Assembly: GCA_964255285.1 (NCBI GenBank)
Contig: CAXUUL010000012.1
Coordinates: 56,592-76,591, forward strand
Length of the DNA stretch: 20,000 bases
Source: Ionaspis alba
Lineage: Eukaryota
Direction: 5' to 3'
Every line of letters begins with the position of its first letter. The first letter of the stretch is position 1. A program made the translations under genes and the position numbers. The notes beneath the pieces are model-generated. The model was given only the letters and a program-made list of their open reading frames with translations. It was not told the DNA's origin and searched no databases. Below, piece by piece: positions 1 through 9,780 of this stretch.

Positions 1-194
1 TGTCCATTGTCAACAACAATTTGACCAGTCTTCAGATCAATTTCGTCTCCTACGCCACTGAAGTCCTTGCCAAATTTCTCAAAAATTGCTTCAAATCTGG
101 ATTTTAGTCGTTGATCATTGCGAGCTCTTCTCTGCTGTAGATCACGATGTTGACCTTCAAAGCAAGTACGCTGTCGCTTCAGTGGTGGCTCCAT
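1..194 (-). CDS. SCM3: Centromere protein Scm3 (CENP-A/Cse4 chaperone), 5' part; runs off the left edge of the window
   Basis: Not in the ORF track. Manual translation from ATG at 194: MEPPLKRQRTCFEGQHRDLQQRRARNDQRLKSRFEAIFEKFGKDFSGVGDEIDLKTGQIVVDNGH. The LKSRFE.IFEKFGKDF...GDEIDL.TG.IVVDNGH segment is the Scm3 domain signature. Confidence 0.92.
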   Translation of the reverse strand, partial: MEPPLKRQRTCFEGQHRDLQQRRARNDQRLKSRFEAIFEKFGKDFSGVGDEIDLKTGQIVVDNG

Positions 195-343
195 AGTTCC
201 GGGTCTTGAGGAACTATGAAAGTCGATAGCATGTATTGAGGAATGACAATTTTCTTCAAGTGCAAAGCTAGGGCGCAATGCATTTCTGTAATGCTCGGGA
301 CATGTGAGTGAAGTCGAAATGGAGATCAGTTGAGAGGAGTCCG

Positions 344-368
344 TCGCGTGCATATTATTGAGACGCGT
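344..368. promoter_or_regulatory. MCB-like (MBF) elements in the SCM3/ATG6 divergent promoter
   Basis: Perfect ACGCGT at 363-368 and TCGCGT (ACGCGA on the - strand) at 344-349, within the 287-bp gap between the two ATGs. Confidence 0.5.
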
Positions 369-481
369 GATGGGAGCTATCTCGGTTAAGCTAATAAATA
401 TGCCAAGCGTCGTCAGTGTTCCGCTTAAACTTCAGAGACGTGGATGATGTAGCAGACACCGATATTCTAATAATCAAGGTC

Positions 482-2114
482 ATGAATTGTCAAAAGTGCC
501 GAGCACCGCTCAGACTAGATCAATCTCTGGTAGATCTCAACCCAGCTGCCTATGATCTCCTTGTAGGTATGTGCAGTAACCCCAAATTCTTGGTCTAAAC
601 TCATTAGAAATCCTACAGGCTCCAATGACAGAGTAATTGATCATGGACTCACCTCATCACGGCCGCCCTACCCCGAAGAGAGAGGAGACACCTACAGACA
701 TGCATCCCAAACCTCTACGCCACCTATCTTCAAGCGCAATGCCCCGCCTCCGCGGCGAGCAGGTCCACCGCAGTCGGCAAGCCTCCCACACCGAGCAGGG
801 CCAAAGGATAACACAGCAATGTCCTTCGTGATGCTGACCGAGTCACAACTTACTCCGCCCCTAGTTCCACAGCAACCCGCTGCAAGCAATGGATCTCCCA
901 GGATTCAGGCTCAAGCACCCAAACCTATCAGTCAAGTGGCAGAACAGCCACTTCAGTCCTCTTCCCACAAAATCGAAGCAAATACACGCCTATTTGAAAT
1001 TCTGTCATCTCACTCTGATATCGACCACCCCATCTGTTCAGAATGTACTGAGCTCTTGCTCTCCTCACTCCAAGCTCGCCTCTCCGCCTCCACGAAGGAA
1101 CGTGATGCATATATAGGCTTCCTAAAGGAGCTGAAAAACAATGTACCTAGCCATGCCGAAGTTGCGAAGGCTGAGGCTGATTTGGCATCTGCTCGATCGT
1201 CAGAGAAGGAGGCGTTCTCGGAGCTGCTACAGCTGGAGAAGCAGGTAGCTACATTAGAGGACGAAGCTGTAGCTCTCGAAGCCGAGTCCCGTACCCTGGA
1301 CGAGGAGGAAGAAGAATTCTGGCGCTCTCGCAATGCTTACATTCTAAAATTGTCTTCTTTTCAAGCCATTCGGGATGCGCTGAATGTTTCCTACGATCAT
1401 GACAGCCAGCAGCTTGAAAGGCTACAGCGGACCAATGTCTACAACGACACCTTTTGCATCGGTCACGATGGCAACTTCGGTACGATCAACGGACTAAGAC
1501 TCGGGAGACTGCCGCCGCCGAACAATGTGGAGTGGGCTGAGATTAATGCTGCCTGGGGTACAACTGCCCTGCTTCTCGCAACAGTCGCAGACAAGCTGGG
1601 ATTCGCTTTTCGTGGGTATCGGATCAGACCAATGGGCAGCACTTCCCACATTGAGCGGTTCGAGCAGCCTCAAAATACCTCTGCTGGAAGTTCTACTGCA
1701 TCTACAAGAACAGCACCAAGCGGCTCTGCCACAAACTCTACTGTGCGTAGTCAACAGCAATCGAAATCTTTGAACCTGGAGCTCTTCTCATCCGGTGATC
1801 TGCCCCTTGGTCGTACGATTCTACACCGCCGCTTCAACGATGCCATGGTGGCGTTTCTGGAATGTTTACGCCAACTGGGGGAATTCGTTGAAAACGGTGA
1901 ATCTGAGCTTTCATCGGGCCAGCAGCAGGGTGGACTGAAACTACCATACAGAATCGAGAAGGACAAGATAGGAGGCTTGAGTATCAAGCTGGGCATAAGT
2001 CAGGACGAAGCATGGACGAGTGCATGCAAGTACACCTTGACGTGCTGCAAGTTTCTATTGGCGCACGCGAGTAATGTTGCAGGTGGTGGAGGAACTAGGA
2101 GATATGTACCCTGA
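482..2114 (+). CDS. ATG6: Autophagy protein Atg6/Vps30 (Beclin-1 homologue), 526 aa, 2 exons
   Basis: Exons 482-566 and 619-2114; intron GTATGT...CAG at 567-618 joins in frame to the 819-2114 ORF. Contains the N-terminal MNCQKCR..L.LD.SL.DLNPAAYDLL, DIDHPIC.EC, a coiled coil, and the BARA domain (TNVYNDTFCIGHDGNFGTINGLRLGRLP, VEWAEINAAWG, WTSACKYTLTCCKFLLA). Confidence 0.97.
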
Positions 2115-2424
2115 TTGACGTTGGACATGCGTGCTGGATCGGAATGAGGGGAGAACCATGGCGATAGCGGATTAGGCTTACAAATGATATGACCAGGAGA
2201 TTCCCAGGGATAGAGGCAGGTATGATGTGGGCGTACTCCGTCAATCAATCGATACACAAGGCTTGGGACCCTTGGCTCCTCCTGCATTATACTAGAACAA
2301 TACATACGAAAGAACTTTTGATCACTTCTTCCACCGTACTCAAAATGAAATCTCTCTTGTATGAAACGAACCAGTCGCTTTATAGACACAACTACCCATT
2401 CCAATGCTGCCTACGACCATGTCT

Positions 2425-4867
2425 TCACAACAGTTCTTCTTTTTGATAATGGTAGGTGGCCCTGAGCCCCTCACGCCTCGAGCCCTTGTTTGTATCGCCT
2501 CGCTGATACACAATCAGGAAGTCGTTGGGACAAACCTAACATATCTGTGAGCAAAGCTTGTGATGGTTGAATTGTAGAAGACAGACCATAACCAAGCTTC
2601 TAACATTCTCAATGTTTTCAATGCCTGGGCAGGCCCCATTATTGGGTGATATCTTATCCGCAAGCTCAGGGGAAGGTGGCCTGCACATGAATTTGACATT
2701 ACCATCGCATGCAATTTCTCCATTACCTGGGGTGTTTTCTGTATAGACACAATTTCCGGTGGTGCGGCCAATAGTGCCTAACTTTCCTGGCGCTTGTCGC
2801 AATGGTTTGTCTGCGCGGATATTATCAATCCGGCCCATTGTCGGGTCGTCGACTGTCCATATGGGATTCAGGGGTAGATCGACACTATTACCACAGCCAC
2901 CGTCAAGGCTCTCGGCAAAATCGGCTCTTGCGTTGTAAAAATCATATGTTGGTTGGCCAGTTTTGGGAGGGACATTCCAGATCACGAGCATGTTATTTGG
3001 TAGATTTGGTTCAGGCTTCGGCGCCGGGTTTGGTGCTGCGGTGGATGAAGGTCTAGCTTTCGAGGTTGATGATGGCATACGAGTGGCGCAAGCAACGGTC
3101 CCTGATATCTGAGTCGTCGGATAACCGCTGTTATCGTTACAAGTACAGGACGTAAAGACGCCGGTCGGCGCTCCGGCTTGAGTGAAAGTATTACTGGAGG
3201 CTTATATCAGCAGAGCTCAAGGGGTTCATAGCTTCTCTAAGAATCTTTACTCACGTCACGAATGAACAAGAGGTTACCGAAATTTGGATTGGGTAAGAGA
3301 TCAAGGATATCAAAATTGTAGATGTTGGTATAGTATTCAACGCACAAGGTGAAGACGTCGAAGGGATGGTGCTGTAGGGCTTGGAATCCCCGTGATCATT
3401 ACATACGCACCAAGACTCTGGAGAAGCAACAGGCTTCCCTTGGAAGTTCTTGCCATGGGTATTGACTGTACAGGAGGGTATTGGTGCCATTGTGACCGCA
3501 GATGCGGCAATGATAGAAGCGAATATATCTTGCCGAGCGTCCCAGAACTCCTTATCATAGGGATGTGGTCCATGATACGGTATCACATCCAGACATGCAC
3601 AACCCTTCTCCGGTCCCTGTCGAACTGTCAGCTTCCCATTTTGGAGGTGGCAGATTACAATCCCTAATTTACCAAAGTACACACATGCTTGTCTCCTTTA
3701 CAGTCGTTATCTTCGCAGAGGGGCTATTAGCAAGTTAGTACCCTGATATGCCCAGCGAACAGACTGACTCACGGAATCTTGGTCTGCCGGCTTAGATGGA
3801 TCGCACATCTGTTTCGTCGACGTGGGTGTTGGTTTCGGCGCTGCTGGTGGCAGTGGTGCTGGTTTTGGCTTAGGTGGTGCTGGTTTTGGCCCAGGGATTG
3901 TAGGAGGGGTCCAAACGTCTCCGTTTAGCAGTCTTATTTTTGGGTTCAATTTAATGCTCTCTATTGTGATTCCTGCGATAGTGAAGAATATGACAAACTT
4001 GGCTGTTTGTTCCACCGTAAGTCCTGTTTGAATTGCTTCAAGCAAAACAACAGGGGCGTTCTCTGATATCTTCAGTTTGAAGTCGGCTAGACGAGCGTAT
4101 AAATTGTCAAGCTTCCCTTCGTCTTTTGCGAACTTCAGAGATTTTTGGACCAAGCAGGTCAAGACTAACGCATCGATTGTTAGTTTCTTGTGCCAAAGTC
4201 GTGCATTGCATGGGAAACGGAGTTCAGGAGTTCTGGAGTTCTGGGCCCGAATCATCTTGTACGACTATGACTGCACGTTGGGGAAACTCACGATCATTAT
4301 TCCCGCGTTTCATTTTTTGAGCTGATCTACAAGATGTGACAGCCTCTTTGGCGGATGTTTCAATATCATGGAGCAGAGCTTCAGGGAGTATCACGCTGAC
4401 TGCTCCAGGTGTTAGGCCGTTTACCGAACTAGTCTCTGTTGCTACCGCGATGACAACAGTGCTTACTGCTGTTGTCGGTTTTTTGTTGATGGTGGTTGTC
4501 AAAGTCTCCAAGGTCAGGTACTCGCTGTTCGTTCCGATATACTTCCGACTGTCAACAAAACCAATATATGAGTACAGCAATAGGGGTGCTGTAGGACTAC
4601 CTTGACTGAATTACCAACAGATTGGAGAACAAAGGTGTCTTGTCCCTGTATTTGTCCGATATATTGAGATACTTGGGTCAGACCAGAGATTCCAGAGCCA
4701 ACGGGGTTGATGCCAATCTGCCCTGTCGCAGTCGGCACAATAGCGGCATTATAGGTCTTGATAACATGCTTGTCGGACTGTGATGAGGTTGAAAAGCTGG
4801 GCTTGGTCGCTGCTGCGGTGATTGCTAATAAGAATGCGAGGAGCTCTACTAGATAAGTAGCATACAT
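2425..4867 (-). CDS. Secreted Cys-rich, Pro/Thr-linker modular protein of unknown function (~680 aa); possibly frameshifted or pseudogenising
   Basis: ATG 4867 with signal-peptide-like MYATYLVELLAFLLAITAAA. Introns read by eye: intron 1 either 4614-4549 or 4600-4542; then 4291-4165 (GTGAGT..CTAAC..TAG), 3772-3724, 3672-3617, 3254-3194 and probably 2586-2536. Introns 2-6 join the ORF-track pieces 4224-4580, 3707-4255, 3251-3682 and 2536-3078 in phase. Stop at 2427-2425, or at 2538-2536 if the last intron is not spliced. Confidence 0.75.
4219..4242 (+). repeat. Short tandem repeat (GGAGTTCW)x3 inside intron 2 of the secreted-protein gene
   Basis: ggagttca ggagttct ggagttct read directly. Confidence 0.8.
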
Positions 4868-6144
4868 TTCCAGGATACAGTGCTCTGCAACAATGTAAAA
4901 GACGAGTAGAAATAATCCAGTAAATCGGAATTGGTAGGAATATTGGACAAGATATGTTATCAAGGACGTTCACAGCCCCCATGATTTTTGTAAGAAGTTG
5001 GACAGTTTGAGCTTGTTGGAGATCGCGATCAAGACCCGTAAGTTCTATTGGATTGTTAGCAACTCAAGAAGGCGTTGAGAAGACTGTTTGTATATGACAC
5101 GGTAAACGTCGTGTCTCTCGTGGCCTGTGATAGTGCCTGTTGGAGTCCTCCTGGAGAGTGTTTTCTTTTGCCACCCTCATGGAGAACAAGGCACTGTATA
5201 TAGGCAGAAACAATGATTGCGTATCATCAAGAGTTGTTGATAAGTTGTCAACGCTTCCGAGACACCCAAAGGAAACGCCCCGAACTCCCGGAGTTGGCGG
5301 CGGCACGCGGGATTTCTGGCGATTGGAGATTTGTGATTCGGCTTACGAGGCGCGGCTACTAGAAAGCCTTGTTAGTGTTTTCTATGCTGGCGCCTAGCGC
5401 TTTCCAACTGTTGTAAACGAGATGAAAGGCAAACCCTTTTAGATCATTTGCCGCCTCGAGGCGCTTGCCAACATGGCGACTTCACAAATCGCTTGCGCCT
5501 CTTTCAGCATGCCACAACCCCTTGCCAGGCAGGGCAGTAGGTCTGCAAACTGTTGGATGCGTAGCGTCGCTTTCAACGTCCATCTCAAAAATCACCTTAC
5601 CACCTGGCTAGGATACGTGATTGTCACTTCCATAGGCCAGAGATAACTGCTGTAGTGATGCCTACGTTTGCAACATACTTTGTTTCGTGCTCGGTCTTGT
5701 TTGATCCCTCGTTATTACCCCTCCATATCGCATACAGTCGTGATTTCAATATTGAACTTGCTGTTATACAATATTAAGAAGACCAATACAGTGATGCTTC
5801 ATATCTATATCTTATTGGTACGCTCTGAACTGTTGGTGTAAAAGTGAGCAACAGCGAGAGTGTTTCATCCGATCTAAACCTTTATTTTTATTTTTAAATC
5901 TGAGTTGAATAACAATAACAGTGTTTGTAAGGTTGCAAACTACACTGCCAGCAGATAGAGCTATCTATAATTCAAGGCGTATCGATCAATCGATGTTAAG
6001 CAATAAAGTACTGGCTTGTCCCACAATTTGCATACTTCTATAACGGTCACATTCTGTCTATCTCTAGTAAAATCTCCGTGTCTGCCTGGTCGCAGCTTTT
6101 TGATATCTTTATTTCCAATTATACGTGCGTATATTTCTAACAAT

Positions 6145-7636
6145 ATGCATGGACAAATCATGAGTCTTTGCGTGACATTCCTCATATATTTATTTAATCT
6201 TAGCCATGCGTACTACATTGACAATTCTTGTAATCAAGGTAGGCATTTCTGTCTTATTATATATTCTTTTTTCTAATATTTGCTTGAAGCCCAGGTGCCA
6301 TTTATTAAAGATGCTCTAGAGAGTGCTCTTACTATGGCAAACATTGCAGTGGAGATGGTGGATCAAGAACCGCATACACGAGAGGCGCAGAGACTGTTGA
6401 TCAATTTGTTTGGTCCAGATCTACAGTTTGGGAAAGGTACAATCGTAGGTATGAACATTCAACCTTATTTGTTCTGATGTAAATCAATGTCTGATTACAC
6501 AAATAGCGCGTTTGAAAGACTTGACCACAGATATAGGCACAGAAGTCACAGGAACAAACGCAATTGGTAGAAGAGACGTGGTAAGACAGCATTACTCTGT
6601 ATTCCGCAGAGATATACAAAAACATTTGCCGTTAATCACGAGTCCAGAAAATCTATTGCAATTTGGAAAGATTTCGTCCAGCACGAGCGAAGGACATGTT
6701 ATATGACACAGGTCTGATCGCTTATCTTTTTCTCTACCCTGTGCAATTCCCAGGATACTAACTTTTTTCATAGATGTTCGTGCTGATGTCCCAAAGACCG
6801 TGAAAATCGACTGTGAACCACCCAAGAAATTCGCTATGCAAACCTTCGTTCTGCCAGACAAACGTCATAGCCAGATCCAGATCTGTCCCTGGTTTCTTCA
6901 GTATGTTCTTGGGCTAAAAATTCGAACTAAAAAAGACATCACTCCTCTACTTTGGGCTGGTTTGGCAAAATTGATGGGTCCAATCGTGAAACGGCGCTAT
7001 ACCCCAGTGGATCTTGCATCTCTGTTTGATACAACTATGCTTCATGAGGTATTTGATATGGAAAACCTAAACTACTCAGATAAAACTGATCGCAGATGCA
7101 GCTCACTCACACACGGTCTGGGGGCGAGACGCTTGATGTGGAAATAGAAGGGAACACAGCCTACGGTAATAAGACTTTATGGTCCAGACTATACAGGAGC
7201 TAATTCGATATAGGCTGGAAGAACTGCAGGAAGTTATCCACAATTGTGACAGATAGAACAACAGAAACATATGGGCCGGACTTTAATGCCGGTAATTGTT
7301 CGTGCTAAATTATTTTCAACAAATTTGCTGATTAAAGAACCAGAATCATACGCTCTATTTGGAACATGTAAATATTCAAACTATGTTTGCGGATTGTGTT
7401 CATGTTCTGATTCTCACTGAACAGGTGCCTATTTGATCTCACAGGGCCACGTTGTAAACGACGATGGATCATTCGAAGCAACTGCCCCAGCGCAAAAGCG
7501 GATCAGCAATAACACAACGAATCCTGTGGTCTCCACGAACCTGCTGAAGTCGATGATGATAGGTGCTAGAGCTTCAAGGTTTAACAGAGAGGGGGGCAGC
7601 ACCATTGGTAGTGTCCGTGGAATTCACAAGGAGTAG
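6145..7636 (+). CDS. Secreted zinc metallopeptidase-like protein, aspzincin/M35-like (HExxH + D), 347 aa, 9 exons
   Basis: Exons 6145-6238, 6290-6448, 6507-6580, 6648-6711, 6774-7048, 7102-7165, 7214-7291, 7344-7367, 7425-7636 (1044 nt, all GT-AG, phases consistent; alternative ATG at 6160). The spliced protein has a signal peptide (MSLCVTFLIYLFNLSHA/YYIDNSC), QIQICPWF, TMLHELTHTRSGGETLDVEIEGNTAYGWKNC and DFNAESYALFG. These match the HExxH...TxD..YG and NA(D/E)SY motifs of M35/aspzincin proteases. Confidence 0.85.
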
Positions 7637-7663
7637 CAGGCGAGAAATAATGCTACGATAGGT

Positions 7664-8620
7664 TTAATGCGGTATTTGCTGTGTCCAAAAATTGGCTTTG
7701 TAGCTCCTCCGAATTTGACAAGGAAGCTCCTCGAAAAGCGATTCCTCCTCTTTGCTCGGGAAAGGCAGGATCAATTCGAAGACTTTGGGCCTTGTGACGG
7801 CCTTGACAGGCTCAAGTATTCCAGCTTCAATGTCTGCCCATAAATTTTCGTTTCCGTACGGCGTAATGAGTTGTACATATAGTTCCCGAAGTCCCTCCAT
7901 TGAAGCGATAGTATCCCATACGAGGTGATACTCAATATCTTCGGGAATAGGATCATGTTTCCGATGTTGGGACAGCATAAAGGGGTTTTTCAAATCCCAC
8001 GAGAGTTGTAGTGACCGGATCGCATTTAACCTCTCTGAAGGAATGAGTCGCGGAAGCCAGATCACATTATATGGCTCCCAAATCTTGAATTTGTTGCGTG
8101 CGTACAACATATTAATGGTCTCCCTGTAACTGGTATCAAGGTTAGGGATCGTATTATAGCATTTGAAACGGAAGACATACATGCGACGGCAAGTCAGGGA
8201 TATTGAAAGCAGCTTGTGCTCATCGCCGGTCTCCGAACGTGACGCCATGTTGGTAGGCCGACAGGAATCGGCCTCGCCCATTATTTCCGGGGTAGAACAA
8301 ATAAAATGCCTAAAGTGACCTCCGTAGGTGTCAAGATGGAACGCCATGCCACCTATGCACTTCTCCCATATCATTTCGCGAATTTCCGCAGGTAGCTTTG
8401 CAAACAGCGAAGACTGTGATTGCAGGTTGAGTGTTCGTGGTGGAGGTGGCGACGGTGTCAAAGGACGCTGGCGTGGTCCGAGGAAGGGAGGCGGCACAGG
8501 AGATGAACGAACGACACAACCTGATCTCGAGCCACAGCAAAACCAAATCGATATAGGCACCGCTAATGGCAAGAAGCAAATACAAAGCAGAATGTTCCCA
8601 GCAATCTTCTTGACAGTCAT
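7664..8620 (-). CDS. Fungal DUF7730/2EXR-like (F-box-like) hypothetical protein, ~301 aa, with hydrophobic Cys-rich N-terminus
   Basis: ORF 8620-7664 with a probable in-frame 51-nt intron at 8180-8130 (GTATGT..CTAAC..CAG). Motifs QSQSSLFAKLPAEIREMIWEKCIGG and LLSISLTCRRIYRETINMLYARNKF are typical of this family. Confidence 0.8.
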   Translation of the reverse strand: MTVKKIAGNILLCICFLPLAVPISIWFCCGSRSGCVVRSSPVPPPFLGPRQRPLTPSPPPPRTLNLQSQSSLFAKLPAEIREMIWEKCIGGMAFHLDTYGGHFRHFICSTPEIMGEADSCRPTNMASRSETGDEHKLLSISLTCRRMYVFRFKCYNTIPNLDTSYRETINMLYARNKFKIWEPYNVIWLPRLIPSERLNAIRSLQLSWDLKNPFMLSQHRKHDPIPEDIEYHLVWDTIASMEGLRELYVQLITPYGNENLWADIEAGILEPVKAVTRPKVFELILPFPSKEEESLFEELPCQIRRSYKANFWTQQIPH

Positions 8621-8986
8621 TACTCCAGAACTTCGCGATCTTGTAGAGTGAAGTGCTTGAATCTGAAGGTTGCTGATGAAAGAAAGCTCAGCTTACAATA
8701 AAAAATCGCCAAAGGACTGGCAAGGCGCCTACTGTGCCTCGGACTCAAGGCAGTAGTTGTGGAGCACAGCTAGCGCAAATGGCTGTGCCGCTCTGAAGCT
8801 CGAGACGAAACGTGGACCAGTCCTAACCGTTGTGGAAGCAATCACCGCAGTGACGGTCTCATCTTGGAGGATAGCCCAGATCGTTTTAGAAACCTCGGTC
8901 TCTGCTCGTTCACGTCGACCCGCAGAGCACTGGCGAGAGCCTGGAATGGCGCCCACGCATTTGCGAGAGAACTGGCGTACCATAGG

Positions 8987-9240
8987 AATTGTGCCACAAT
9001 TTCCAATGAAGCCAGCAGATTTGAGCAGTTGAAGGCTGCCTAGTAGACAGGAGTTACGATGGACGTTCTGTGGGTTGTTAGCTAAGATTGCGGCTTTGGT
9101 TTGCCGAATCTTTTGAAGGCCGCATGGCACATCAACCCGCGTTGTTATCGACAGCTCACCCCACGTGGCAAAGCACATGGACTTGTGCCACAAATTAAGC
9201 GGGATCAATGGCTTTTGAGCAGTTGGAGGCCGCCCAATAT
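8987..9240. repeat. Degenerate direct duplication (194-bp period), each copy carrying an interrupted palindrome TTGTG-C-CACAA
   Basis: TTGTGCCACAA-N20-TTTGAGCAGTTGRAGGCYGCC starts at 8989 and at 9183 with identical internal spacing. Confidence 0.65.
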
Positions 9241-9780
9241 ACACATGTTCGGAAGAGCGATTCGTGAACTGCCCACTAAGCTGCAGGCTTCGGTTGCCGA
9301 CTCTTTGGCGAGTCGTGTGAGAGGTTGCGATTAATCCAAACGCCTCCTCTCGATGCATGCTTATGCGAGCCTTTGACTTTGGACTGACAGTTCATACAGA
9401 GACTCGGTCTGCAAAATCATGTACAGGCTGATTGATGAATTGTTCTAGTCTGGGCTCGTAGACCCTAGAAATCGTTCTAGCGGCAATGCATTGGCCTGTA
9501 GAGTTCAACGCTTTGAGTGAAATCGCTACCACCCCTGAATATCCAAAAAAGTCGTTTTACCAACAGCAGTTCTCCCTGTGGGAATAGCCAGAACCCCTCT
9601 GCATACATGATGTATGATCCTTTTCCACCGTGCCGAGTTTTATCCTCGAACTCTGGAAACGCGACGAAATGCTCCGATCCCTCCCCTGGCTGTGCTAATC
9701 CGAACACAAACCCATGTTCCCCGCCCCGCGAAATGCTTCGCAATTACCTTATCCTCATTTAAAGTAGTGCTACAATGTCT

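Noticed and set aside
416..831. ORFs 416-598 and 637-831 as separate genes
   Set aside because: 416-598 is ATG6 exon 1 read through the intron from an upstream GTG; 637-831 is an alternative frame of exon 2.
3822..3900. GGTGCTGGTTTTGGC repeats and the Gly-rich + strand ORF 3822-4031
   Set aside because: Antisense shadow of the PKPAPP linker of the - strand secreted protein.
5650..6140. AT-rich tract as a RIP-mutated transposon
   Set aside because: No terminal repeats, target-site duplication or transposase/RT remnants visible; compatible with an ordinary AT-rich promoter.
8729..9358. 209-aa - strand ORF and overlapping + strand ORFs
   Set aside because: No recognisable motif and no convincing exon structure; treated as intergenic, although a relic cannot be excluded.
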